Numbered from the stretch's first letter, positions 1-8,899 are shown. The stretch: 38,403 nt of DNA from an uncultured archaeon (GCA_964551725.1 CAZKED010000007.1:1-38403), one strand, 5' to 3'. Numbers and translations are program-made. Notes: generated by a model from the sequence alone, not told the origin.

Positions 1-355
1 TGTAAATATCGCCGTTTTCATAAATTTTTTGAAAAAATTCTTTAACCACTTTTTCATGCCTGGGCTCGGTTGTCCTAATAAAGCCATCGTATTTTATGCC
101 CATTTCTTTCCAGGCGATTTTCCATTTTTCCGCCATTTCATCAGTATATTTTTTAAAATCCTTAAAGCCGCGTTCTTCTGCGGCTTTAACTGTTTTCTGC
201 GAGTTTTCGTCCAAGCCAGTTAAAAAGAATGCCTTTTCGCCTGAAAAGCAGTGCCATCTAGCCAGAATGTCCGCCGTGATTGTAGTATAGGCATGACCGA
301 TGCTGGGAACATCATTTACATAGTATATTGGCGTGGTTACATAGAATTTTGCCAT
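1..355 (-). CDS. metG: Methionyl-tRNA synthetase, N-terminal part (runs off the window's left edge)
   Basis: Manual translation of the minus strand from ATG at 355 gives MAKFYVTTPIYYVNDVPSIGHAYTTITADILARW...FFLTGLDENSQK...DGFIRTTEPRH...IYENGDIY, a typical MetRS N-terminus. Not in the ORF track because it has no stop in the window. Confidence 0.93.
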   Translation of the reverse strand, partial: MAKFYVTTPIYYVNDVPSIGHAYTTITADILARWHCFSGEKAFFLTGLDENSQKTVKAAEERGFKDFKKYTDEMAEKWKIAWKEMGIKYDGFIRTTEPRHEKVVKEFFQKIYENGDIY

Positions 356-1412
356 AAGAAGCAGAATGCAATTGAATCCTTTTATTTCTTTCTGTAATGT
401 TTTCCTCGGCCTTGCAGAGGTCATTAAATCTCTTTGCATGTTTTATGGAGGATTTTATTAGGTTAATAAGTTTCAATAACTCCTCCTTTCGCGTAATCCG
501 CAGCCTATAGATTGTCCCGTTCCATCTAACCCCTCTTTTGTCCACATACCCCTCTTCTACACCTATTTTCGGCTTACTACACCGAATTCCGAATTCATTT
601 AGTTTTTTGCAAATTGAAGAAAGAATATTGGGATCGTAACTGCTAACAGAGAATTCTGCAAAATTGTTGTACACCCCGAAATGCCCCTCTGCATCGATGT
701 AACCGGCAAGAAAGGCGATGAAACTGCCCTTGTCTGACAGAATCCAATCGGGTATGGCATCCTCTTTTTTCAGTAAAAAATCAAATGAGCTGTTTAGGTT
801 GCAGTTGAACTGAATGCAGCCGCTTTTTAATTTGTACTTTGAAATCTTTCCATGCCCAGAAAAAAGCAGCTCCATTAAATCCAATTGTTCTTGCTTGGAT
901 GTTGCCGAAGACACATAAATGGTTTCGCCATATTTGTTTTTGCGCACATGCAAGTCCCCCAGTCTAAAACCAATCAAATAGGCCTTGTCGGCACCAGGCC
1001 CGTTAAAGTCTTTTCTTTCATACTTGATGATCGATCTTGCAAGTGTCTTTGATCTTCGGGGAATCGATAGTTCTATTGCTTCTTTTAATTTCCTCAAAGG
1101 GATTCCATATTTCTTCATCTTGTAGAAAATACAACTGGGCGAGCAATTGAATTTTTTAGCAATCTGATAGGGTGAGAGGTTCTTCCCCCAATAGAGTTCC
1201 TTGAGTCTTCCTTTTGATATTTTATATTTAATCGAATGCTTGATTAGCTTCCCTTCTTCCGATTTTGACCTCAGTTTTAACCCATAGCGCTTCAACGCTC
1301 TGCTCACTGTTGTATGGTCATAGCCAAGTAATTTTCCGATTTTCCTGCAGGAGAGTTCCTGCTTTACGTAAAGTTCTTCAAGCTTTCTCTTGGATAAACC
1401 AACTCCCTCCAT
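312..1412 (-). CDS. Free-standing LAGLIDADG homing-endonuclease-family protein with two N-terminal HTH-like repeats
   Basis: Repeats LEELYVKQELSCRKIGKLLG...LKRYGLKLR and LKELYWGKNLSPYQIAKKFN...MKKYGIPLR. LAGLIDADG-like motifs AYLIGFRLGDL and AFLAGYIDAEG. No intein splice residues. The 3' end overlaps the metG start by 44 nt. Confidence 0.8.
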   Translation of the reverse strand: MEGVGLSKRKLEELYVKQELSCRKIGKLLGYDHTTVSRALKRYGLKLRSKSEEGKLIKHSIKYKISKGRLKELYWGKNLSPYQIAKKFNCSPSCIFYKMKKYGIPLRKLKEAIELSIPRRSKTLARSIIKYERKDFNGPGADKAYLIGFRLGDLHVRKNKYGETIYVSSATSKQEQLDLMELLFSGHGKISKYKLKSGCIQFNCNLNSSFDFLLKKEDAIPDWILSDKGSFIAFLAGYIDAEGHFGVYNNFAEFSVSSYDPNILSSICKKLNEFGIRCSKPKIGVEEGYVDKRGVRWNGTIYRLRITRKEELLKLINLIKSSIKHAKRFNDLCKAEENITERNKRIQLHSASYGKILCNHANILCK

Positions 1413-1448
1413 GCAAAAAACACGCTTTTGCTTTTTAAATTACTTAGG

Positions 1449-1468
1449 AGGGCAGGTTTCCCCTAAAA
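1449..1468 (-). promoter_or_regulatory. ORB-like 20-bp motif, copy 1 (TTTTAGGGGAAACCTGCCCT)
   Basis: 16/20 identical to each of the copies at 1640-1659 and 35178-35197. Followed after 8 nt by ATTTAAA(AA), upstream of the LAGLIDADG ATG at 1412. Confidence 0.55.
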
Positions 1469-1573
1469 TCTGTCAACTTATGTAGCATTGGTTTGGATTA
1501 TTACTCTGTAGCATTCAACCTATTCGGTTCCATAACTGCATATTAATAAAACCCGTTCCCACCTATTTCCTTT

Positions 1574-1599
1574 CGGAAAAATTTTTTCAAATTTTTCCG
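1574..1599. repeat. Perfect 11-bp inverted repeat (CGGAAAAATTT-tttc-AAATTTTTCCG)
   Basis: Read directly in the divergent intergenic region between the LAGLIDADG gene and mcm. Confidence 0.7.
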
Positions 1600-1639
1600 C
1601 TCTCAACGCTGATTTAAACTCCCTGCACTAATTCCATGC

Positions 1640-1659
1640 TTTTAGCGGAAACGTACTCT
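1640..1659 (+). promoter_or_regulatory. ORB-like 20-bp motif, copy 2 (TTTTAGCGGAAACGTACTCT), upstream of mcm
   Basis: 18/20 identical to the copy at 35178-35197. Followed after 8 nt by TTAAAAA, then TTTAAAA at 1676-1682. The mcm ATG is at 1705. Confidence 0.6.
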
Positions 1660-1704
1660 AAAAGCGCTTAAAAACTTTAAAAGAGGAATTTTTACAGTGA
1701 GAGC

Positions 1705-3810
1705 ATGCCTGCTGCGGAGAAAACCGAGGAAAAAGGAAAGGAAAGCCCCTTTGTGAACAAATTCCAGCGCTTTTTCCATTCGGTGTACCGCAAGGAAATC
1801 GAAAAGCTCGCAGAATCATATCCCGAAAAGCGCTCTTTGCTCCTGGATTTCTCTGCCCTGGGGCAGTTTGACTTCAAGTTGGCTGACGCATTGCTCGAAA
1901 ACCCCGACGAACTGCTGGCGGCAGCGGAATTCGCGCTCGAGGGAATGGATTTGCCCACGCTCGAGCAAGCGCAGTTCAAGCCGCACGTGCGGTTTTTCAA
2001 TCTCCCGGAGGACAGCGCGATCCTGCTGCGGGACATAGGCTCAAAGCACCTTGGGAAAATGATTTCAATAGAGGGAATAATAAAGCAGATTACGGACGTG
2101 CTCCCGAAGCTCAGGCTTGCAACATTCAAATGCAACCGCTGCGGGAACGTGTACCGCGTTTTGCAGAGCTCGAGGCAGGTTAAAAAGCCCGATTTCTGCG
2201 CCTGCAGGCACAGGGATTTTTCACTTGTTGCCGAAGACTCCGACTTCATTGACTTCCAGAAAATCCAGGTGCAGGAACCCCTCGAATCACTGAAGGGAAA
2301 CGACCAGCCCACAAGCCTCGACATTTACATAAGCGACGATTTCGTCAACAGGGCTTCTGTGGGAGACAAAATTGAAATCTCGGGAATACTGCGCTTGTAT
2401 CCCACAAAGCAAGCCAACCTCGTGTTCGGGAGATTCCTTGAATGCAATTACCTGGAGGAAACAGCGCGGGGTTTCGAGGAAGTGGAAGTCGGCGAGGAAG
2501 AGGAGAAAGAAATAAAGGCGCTGGCGCGTGACCCGGCAATATACGAAAAGCTCGTCAAAAGCGTTGCCCCGATGATTTACGGGCACGAAGTGGTAAAGGA
2601 GGCAATAATACTGCAGTTGTTCGGCGGAGTGAAAAAAATTCTGCCGGGCGAGCAGGCGATAAGGGGGAACATTCACGTTTTGTTGGTAGGGGACCCGGGC
2701 GTTGCAAAATCCCAGTTGCTCATGGCAGCCAACAACATTGCGCCCAAGAGCATTTACGTTGGAGGAAGAACCACCTCCGGAGCCGGTCTCACTGCAACAG
2801 CAGTCAAAGACGAATTCGGAGAGGGCGGCTGGACCCTTAAAGCGGGCGCTTTGGTGCTCGCTTCCGGCGGCACAACCATGGCAGACGAACTTGACAAAAT
2901 GGACCCCGTGGAGAGGACTGCACTTCACGAGTGCATGGAGCAGGGCACGATAAGCGTTGCAAAAGCCGGCATTATAACGCGCTTTAAAACGGACACGAGC
3001 ATTCTCGCTGCAGCCAACCCCCGGCTCTCGCGCTTTGACCCTTTCACTCCCTTTATGGAGCAGGTTGAATTGCCCGCAACACTGGTTTCCCGCTTTGACC
3101 TCTTTTTTATGATAAGGGACGTTTTAGACCGCACCCTTGACTCGGAGATTGCCGCTCACGTGCTTAAAGCGCACCAGGCAGGGGAAAAACTCTTCAAGGC
3201 GAAAGTGAGCGGGGAGAAACTGAAAAAATCGGAAATAAAGGAGATAGAGGATTTCGTGGCTCCGGCAATTCCGCCGGAACTACTGCGCAAATACATTGCA
3301 TACACGAGGCAGCATGTTTTTCCAAACCTCACAAAGGAGGCAATCGAGCTCATATCCGATTTCTATGTGGGGCTGCGGGAGCGCGGGAAGGAAGAAGGCA
3401 CTTATGCCGCAACCCACAGGCAGCTGGAGGGATTGGTGAGATTGAGCGAAGCGTCCGCCCGCATAAGATTGAGCGATGTTGTTGAAAAGGAGGATGCAGA
3501 GCGCGCTGTCAGAATGCTAAGATCATCGCTCAAGGATGTCGTCACTGACCCGGAAACAGGAAAAATAGACTTTGACATTGTTGCTACGGGCAAAACCCAC
3601 ACAAAAACCGAGGGAATGCGCACAGTGCTCAAAATAGTGAAGGATTTGGCAAAGCAATCCGACAGGGTTTCGGTGGAAGACGTGACCCAGGAAGCGAAAA
3701 CATTCAATATTGAAGGCGACAGAGTCCAGGAATACCTCAACGAACTGGTGCGAAGGGGCGAACTCTACAGACCAAGGCACGGCTTGATAATGCCCGCCGA
3801 GGCAAAATAG
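1705..3810 (+). CDS. mcm: Replicative helicase MCM
   Basis: Zn finger CNRC...C-A-C, Walker A GDPGVAKSQ, AGALVLA, Walker B DELDKM, AAANP, Arg finger SRFD, RQLEGLVRLSEA, C-terminal wHTH. Confidence 0.97.
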   Translation: MPAAEKTEEKGKESPFVNKFQRFFHSVYRKEIEKLAESYPEKRSLLLDFSALGQFDFKLADALLENPDELLAAAEFALEGMDLPTLEQAQFKPHVRFFNLPEDSAILLRDIGSKHLGKMISIEGIIKQITDVLPKLRLATFKCNRCGNVYRVLQSSRQVKKPDFCACRHRDFSLVAEDSDFIDFQKIQVQEPLESLKGNDQPTSLDIYISDDFVNRASVGDKIEISGILRLYPTKQANLVFGRFLECNYLEETARGFEEVEVGEEEEKEIKALARDPAIYEKLVKSVAPMIYGHEVVKEAIILQLFGGVKKILPGEQAIRGNIHVLLVGDPGVAKSQLLMAANNIAPKSIYVGGRTTSGAGLTATAVKDEFGEGGWTLKAGALVLASGGTTMADELDKMDPVERTALHECMEQGTISVAKAGIITRFKTDTSILAAANPRLSRFDPFTPFMEQVELPATLVSRFDLFFMIRDVLDRTLDSEIAAHVLKAHQAGEKLFKAKVSGEKLKKSEIKEIEDFVAPAIPPELLRKYIAYTRQHVFPNLTKEAIELISDFYVGLRERGKEEGTYAATHRQLEGLVRLSEASARIRLSDVVEKEDAERAVRMLRSSLKDVVTDPETGKIDFDIVATGKTHTKTEGMRTVLKIVKDLAKQSDRVSVEDVTQEAKTFNIEGDRVQEYLNELVRRGELYRPRHGLIMPAEAK

Positions 3811-3822
3811 GGCGCAAAAAAC

Positions 3823-4200
3823 TCACGCCAGGCTTTTCACTGCTTCAACGTTGAGGTCCGCGTAATATCCCTTTTCTTTTACCGCGCTTTCTCCCTCTGT
3901 TTCAATCCTGTTCTTGAGCGCTGCATCCGCGGTAATGTCCTCTCCTCCTATCACCACTTTCATTCTCCACACCGCAGGCGCAACGCTTTCATCCAGCTCG
4001 GGCGGGGTCACTTCCTCTATAAAGTAGAATTTATCCTGTTCCGCGAGAATGCCCAGTACGGATTCCTTCACTGCAACCATTGCGCCGGTGGAATTGCCCA
4101 CGTGCGGAATGTTGAGCAGTATTGTCCACACTATTACCATTACAAAACTTGACACGATTATTAGCTCGAACGCCGTCTGTCCCCTGTTTTCCTTATCCAA
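3823..4200 (-). CDS. Class III signal-peptide (pilin-like) protein
   Basis: N-terminus RG|QTAFE followed by a hydrophobic helix. Last gene of the pilus operon. Confidence 0.8.
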   Translation of the reverse strand: MDKENRGQTAFELIIVSSFVMVIVWTILLNIPHVGNSTGAMVAVKESVLGILAEQDKFYFIEEVTPPELDESVAPAVWRMKVVIGGEDITADAALKNRIETEGESAVKEKGYYADLNVEAVKSLA

Positions 4201-4209
4201 TTATTTCAC

Positions 4210-4725
4210 CTAAATGTCCAGGAGTACTATTTCCCCTGTATCCAGTTTTTGCACTTTAACAAGCGCTTTGGGGGAATCCTCGCCCTTCAATTCATTTCCG
4301 GAAGCGGCGGCAAAATTGCTGCAGTCAAGCTGCACGTCATCGAAAAGCTTTATTTCCCCGCTGCACCTTGAGGAAGCGGGATTTGTGGACGTGCATCCTG
4401 AAACCCCGGAAATGGCAGCGGGAACATCAACCCTGTAAAGTATTTTTTTTCCTATATCGTCACAGGTGATTGAACTGTTTCTGTCGATGAAAATCCACAC
4501 GTTTTTTTTGCTTTCCCCGCTTATCATGTGTATTTCGTTTATTGAGTCGGCGAGGTTCATTGCGGAGAGTTTTGTTTGCCCTATGGAACTCACCGCCTGC
4601 GCTGAATTGGATACTCTTAAAACGCTGGGCTGAATGACAGTCTGCAAATAAATGAGCATTATAACGAACACGAGCAGGAATTCAATGGATGTCTGCCCCC
4701 TGCGCTTCAGATTAAAAAGTTCCAT
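4210..4725 (-). CDS. Class III signal-peptide minor pilin
   Basis: KRRG|QTSIEF followed by a hydrophobic stretch. Four Cys in the globular part. Confidence 0.85.
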   Translation of the reverse strand: MELFNLKRRGQTSIEFLLVFVIMLIYLQTVIQPSVLRVSNSAQAVSSIGQTKLSAMNLADSINEIHMISGESKKNVWIFIDRNSSITCDDIGKKILYRVDVPAAISGVSGCTSTNPASSRCSGEIKLFDDVQLDCSNFAAASGNELKGEDSPKALVKVQKLDTGEIVLLDI

Positions 4726-5855
4726 AAAAAATCACCAACAAAGTTTAGGACAACGTATGCAACGAGCATTGCGGGAACCATCGGTGCGGATTCCTTGACT
4801 TCAATGCTGTCCGCGAGCATCCCTTTTTTCACAAACTCTTTCAGCTTTTCTATTTCCCCCTCCGTAAGACCGCGCGCTTTCCTCGAACTCACTATTTCGT
4901 TTTCCCCTCCTCTGAGTTCTTTGGATAATTCCTCCAATCTATAATGTTTTAGGTAATTAATAATTCTTTTCATGCCCAGGGGCTCGGCTCTCACGGCTTT
5001 TTTTCCCTCGAGTCTTATTGTTTCAGCCGAAATTTCCCCCTCCTCCAGCATGCTTATTTTTTTCCTCCTTTTAAGCGCTTCCCTGCTCAGGGAAACAAGC
5101 GAAAACAGGTTGAAAAGCACAAACAAAACAGCGTACAGCGCAATGAATTCTGCCAGTGCTTGCTGTGCGCTCGATGCCCCCAGCAGCAGGGGTAAAAGGA
5201 ATACTGCGGCAGCCGCGGCTGTTTTGGGCATTCTTCCTCTCACAAGCCCGAATGCCAAAAGGAAAGGAAGCAGGTAAAATGCCGGCACCGAAAAGTGCGC
5301 GAGCACTGAATGCAATCCAACGGCGAAAGCAGAAAAAGCCATGGTGCTGACTCCCGCGCTTTTTTTTATTCCCTCGACTGCTTTTCTCCTCAACGCTTTT
5401 CTTGTCCAGATTTTTCTGAGCGATAGAAGCACTGCCACCGGCAGCATTGAAAAAACGGAGAACACGAACAGCGTGATGGGAAAAACCGGCACCTGCAGCG
5501 GTGTGGACAGCGGTGGATAAAAGGGAAAAAAAAGCCCGGCAACAAACGGGTTCACAGGGTTCAGCGCTCCGAGTGCTGTCAAAAGTTTTACGTCCCCGCC
5601 AGCCCAAACTCCCGCCTTGTAAAGCAGCAAGCCGAAAAGAAATGCGACAACTGCAGCAATCAAGGAAAAAAGCATTGGAACAATGCTTGAAGCGAAAACG
5701 GAATAAAGCGCGTGAATCAGTAAACCGCAGCCAAGCAGGAAAAAATTGAGCCTGTTGGGCACAATTCTCTCCCTGAAATCGGTGAAAGTTGCAGCAGAAA
5801 GCCCGAGCACTGACACAGCGAAAGCTGCAACTTCAAAAAGCATGAATGCACCCAA
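4707..5855 (-). CDS. A24 prepilin peptidase, EppA-like
   Basis: TDFRERIVPN (first Asp), WAGGDVKLL (GxGD-type second Asp), extra TM segments and C-terminal PMVP. Located among Q+1/E+5 prepilins. Confidence 0.88.
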   Translation of the reverse strand: MGAFMLFEVAAFAVSVLGLSAATFTDFRERIVPNRLNFFLLGCGLLIHALYSVFASSIVPMLFSLIAAVVAFLFGLLLYKAGVWAGGDVKLLTALGALNPVNPFVAGLFFPFYPPLSTPLQVPVFPITLFVFSVFSMLPVAVLLSLRKIWTRKALRRKAVEGIKKSAGVSTMAFSAFAVGLHSVLAHFSVPAFYLLPFLLAFGLVRGRMPKTAAAAAVFLLPLLLGASSAQQALAEFIALYAVLFVLFNLFSLVSLSREALKRRKKISMLEEGEISAETIRLEGKKAVRAEPLGMKRIINYLKHYRLEELSKELRGGENEIVSSRKARGLTEGEIEKLKEFVKKGMLADSIEVKESAPMVPAMLVAYVVLNFVGDFLWNFLI

Positions 5856-5859
5856 AAGC

Positions 5860-6057
5860 CTACTTTATGAGCGAGCCAATGAAATCGTCCCTGAACTGCA
5901 GCAACTCGCCCTGGAATTTTTGGGCTACCCCCTCCACAGTTGTGACCAGCGATGTTACAACCATTGCGAGACCTATTATAAAAGTGAGCATTATTAAATA
6001 ATCGAACGAAACCTGTGCTTTTTCCTCCTTTTTTTCGGGAAAAATTTTTTTTTCCAA
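5860..6057 (-). CDS. Small Flp-like pilin (class III signal, D+5)
   Basis: KA|QVSFDYLIMLTFII. About 51 aa mature. Confidence 0.8.
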   Translation of the reverse strand: MEKKIFPEKKEEKAQVSFDYLIMLTFIIGLAMVVTSLVTTVEGVAQKFQGELLQFRDDFIGSLIK

Positions 6058-6059
6058 TT

Positions 6060-6242
6060 TTATCCCCTCATTCCCATTATTTCCTTGATGGTATTCGGAG
6101 CGGTGGTTTGCGTGAAAGCCTCGGTTTCAATCTTTACAAAGCTCTGAATTACCCATATGAGCGCGATTGTTACGACGGTTATGGACACAATGAAGGTGAG
6201 GAGGATAAGGTAGTCGAATGAAACCTGCGCCCTTTCCTCCAT
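6060..6242 (-). CDS. Small Flp-like pilin (class III signal, D+5), paralog of 5860-6057
   Basis: Start re-called at ATG 6242: MEERA|QVSFDYLILLTFIV. Confidence 0.8.
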   Translation of the reverse strand: MEERAQVSFDYLILLTFIVSITVVTIALIWVIQSFVKIETEAFTQTTAPNTIKEIMGMRG

Positions 6243-6309
6243 TTTACCAGCCCTATTAAAGCGAGCCAGCCAAACCCCGTGCACAGTTACGAAAAAGCAC
6301 TCATTGCGT

Positions 6310-6615
6310 TTACGGTATGGTCCAGCTTTCATCTGCTTCACATAAATTTTTCTCGGGGTCCACAGCGGTTTCATCGTCCCACACGCAGTCACAGCTCACT
6401 GTGCCGGTTGAAACCTGCCTTTCAACCGTACCGGTAGCGGTGCACTGCGATTCCGTCATTTGCTGCGAGCAAATCATTCTTATCTCTTTCTTTGCCGCTT
6501 CCACTTCCTGCGCTCTCACCATGTTGAAAAGCATCACGATTACGAATGCGGCTATTCCTACCGCTGCGCCTATGAGCAACAGGTATTCCATTGCACCTTG
6601 TCCCTTCCTCTTCAT
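6310..6615 (-). CDS. Pilin with Cys-rich C-terminal module
   Basis: MKRKG|QGAMEYLLLIG. C-terminal CSQQMTESQC...CDCVWD...NLC. Confidence 0.85.
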   Translation of the reverse strand: MKRKGQGAMEYLLLIGAAVGIAAFVIVMLFNMVRAQEVEAAKKEIRMICSQQMTESQCTATGTVERQVSTGTVSCDCVWDDETAVDPEKNLCEADESWTIP

Positions 6616-6640
6616 TCCCTAAACCTCCTTAAAATGCTCT

Positions 6641-6796
6641 TTATTTGCTTATGTCTTCCACGGTCTGTTCTATGATTGGCTGCTGGCCCTTGGGAATTCC
6701 TTTTAAGTACAATCCAACCGCTGTGGCTGCAGCCACAGCGCCGCCGATTATTATGAGGTATTCCGTTGCAGTCTGCGCCCTCTCCTCTTTCAGCAT
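6641..6796 (-). CDS. Small Flp-like pilin
   Basis: Start re-called at ATG 6796 after GGAGGGT: MLKEERA|QTATEYLIIIGG. About 44 aa mature. Confidence 0.82.
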   Translation of the reverse strand: MLKEERAQTATEYLIIIGGAVAAATAVGLYLKGIPKGQQPIIEQTVEDISK

Positions 6797-6800
6797 TTTT

Positions 6801-7721
6801 TTACCCTCCGAAAAATCCTTGGGATACAATAAACGAACCGTAATACACCGTATAGGCTATTAATACAAGTATGGGGATATATATAATACTTTTGGTCACA
6901 TTTCCCTCTCTTATAAGAGAAATCATGCCGCCGGTTGCCACGGCTGCAATTATGAGATAACTCCTGAGAAGAGTTAGAATAAAATCCGCTTTTGCCATGC
7001 TTCTCGCAAATTCAGCGGCTGTCATTATCACTCCCCCCGAAGTTTTTATGAGGAAGGTTATTACAGTGGAAACAAGCCCGAGAATGAAGGGTGCGACCAC
7101 TGAGCCTGCGCCAATCATGAAGAGCACTTGCATTACGGTGCTGCTCCTCCTTTCCTGCTTTATCCTGTGGCTTGCCCGCACGTCGTCGGCAATTTCGTCC
7201 AGTATATCCGCAAGGCTTGCCCCTGCGGCAATTGAGTCGAGCACTATGTTCACAGACCTTTTAATGATTCTGCTTTTCACGTTTTTGGCAAAGGACTGCA
7301 TGGAGTTCTGGAGGTTTTCTCCCTCTTCAAGCCTTCTCAGAACCGCGTTCATTTCAACAGTGAGCGCTCCGTACTGCGAGGTGCTTATTCCCCGCAATGC
7401 GTACTCGAAGGTTCCGCCTGCTTTAAGCGTGTCGGACATTTGCTTGAATGCGTCGGGCAACACCCTTTCGATTTCCTCTATTCTCCTCGTTGCATTCAGG
7501 TACGGGATTCCTATCATTACGTCGAGTATTACGACAAGCGCAAGGAACGGCGCAACAGGGTCTGCGGGCAGTATTCCCAAGAATTCAATTCCCCAAACAA
7601 GAGCCATTCCTGCTATTCCCGCTCCTACTGAAAGCCCAACCCAGAACTTGGGCTTGAATTTCCACCTTATCTCTCTGAGGTATTCCTTGTAGGTTTCCCA
7701 TATTTCCTTGGTGCTTATCAT
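6801..7721 (-). CDS. Type II secretion system F / TadC-like pilus platform protein
   Basis: IERVLPDAFKQMSDTLKAG...YGALTVE...GASLADILDEIA pattern, several TM helices, downstream of the pilus ATPase. Confidence 0.9.
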   Translation of the reverse strand: MISTKEIWETYKEYLREIRWKFKPKFWVGLSVGAGIAGMALVWGIEFLGILPADPVAPFLALVVILDVMIGIPYLNATRRIEEIERVLPDAFKQMSDTLKAGGTFEYALRGISTSQYGALTVEMNAVLRRLEEGENLQNSMQSFAKNVKSRIIKRSVNIVLDSIAAGASLADILDEIADDVRASHRIKQERRSSTVMQVLFMIGAGSVVAPFILGLVSTVITFLIKTSGGVIMTAAEFARSMAKADFILTLLRSYLIIAAVATGGMISLIREGNVTKSIIYIPILVLIAYTVYYGSFIVSQGFFGG

Positions 7722-7729
7722 TCAATCCC

Positions 7730-8899
7730 TCACACATGCGGTTGCATCATGAATATAAAGAAGAAAATCCATGCCAGCATAGTCGGCATTATTACCAGGA
7801 AAACAAGCGCCATCACCGTGGGGTCGATTGTGGCAACGCCCGCGAACGTTGCCCCGGTTTTTGCCAGAAAGGCGCTTTCCCCGCTGAATATAGGGGTAAC
7901 GGATATTCCCCCCAGTATGGCAATGAATACAGGGATCACAATTGCGATGAAAATGAATATTACCCCTATGAAGTTCATTTTCTCGCTGAATTCCTTCACC
8001 CGCATTCTCAGCTGGAATGCCACGTCGGTCGCTATTTCGTTCATTATTTCGGAGAGGTTTCCGCCCGTTTTAAGTGCGCGTATTGTGTGCATTAGCGCGT
8101 TTCTGAGTGCATTGGACTGCGTTCTCAGGGCAAGATGCCTTAACGCGTCCCTTGTGTCTGTTCCCTCTTCAATTTCGCTTATCGTTCTCGAGAATTCCTC
8201 GCTCAGCGTTCCGTAATCAGCGCTCGCCACTGTCTGTATTGTCCTGTAGAGCCCTATTCCCGCGCTTAACTGGGTTGCAATGTGCCTCAACGCAAAAGGC
8301 AGTTCCCTGCTTATCGATTTTCCGCGCGTTTGTGCTTTCTGTCTCGGAATGAGGAACATTAACACCACCGTAAAAAGGAACCCCACAACCGCGAGGATTG
8401 CGGGAAGCCACAAAGGCATTCCCACGAGAGGCGTGAGGATTCCGAGCGATATAGCCACCACGAGGAAAACAATGAGTGCCGTAATGGTGGTGAGTGCAAC
8501 CCACTGCCTCGCGGAATACCTCATGTTGGCTGAATACAAATTGAAGTCAAGCTGCTTCGTTGCAGGCATTTTTGAAATCAGCGCGAACAAGGGATTTGTG
8601 AGACCGCGCATGCTGAGGAAAAGGTTGCCGAGCCTTTTCACGACCTTTGAATCCGATTCTTTCAAATCCTCGATTTTCTGCACTTCAAACTTTGCCCCGC
8701 CTGTCCCTACAATAAGCCCGCGCAGTTCCCCGAGCTTCCCTTCATCTGCTCCGGTTACGCTCACTCCCTCGTCGGTGTATTTTTTCTTCATTGTGCTGAC
8801 AATCTTGTCGACTTTTTCCATGTCTATTTTTTCAGCTTCCTCGTCTGTCACTGCCTCCTTTTTCTTTTTAATGAAATCCAAAGCGGGCAATTCACTCAC
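7730..8899 (-). CDS. Type II secretion system F / TadB-TadC-like platform protein
   Basis: ELPFALRHIATQLSAGIGL...YGTLSEEF...KTGGNLSEIM pattern with TM helices. Confidence 0.9.
   Translation of the reverse strand: MSELPALDFIKKKKEAVTDEEAEKIDMEKVDKIVSTMKKKYTDEGVSVTGADEGKLGELRGLIVGTGGAKFEVQKIEDLKESDSKVVKRLGNLFLSMRGLTNPLFALISKMPATKQLDFNLYSANMRYSARQWVALTTITALIVFLVVAISLGILTPLVGMPLWLPAILAVVGFLFTVVLMFLIPRQKAQTRGKSISRELPFALRHIATQLSAGIGLYRTIQTVASADYGTLSEEFSRTISEIEEGTDTRDALRHLALRTQSNALRNALMHTIRALKTGGNLSEIMNEIATDVAFQLRMRVKEFSEKMNFIGVIFIFIAIVIPVFIAILGGISVTPIFSGESAFLAKTGATFAGVATIDPTVMALVFLVIMPTMLAWIFFFIFMMQPHV

Noticed and set aside
1692-3780. Long antisense ORFs over mcm (e.g. 1692-2324, 2287-2928)
   Set aside because: Shadow frames of a clearly identified gene, with no motifs.
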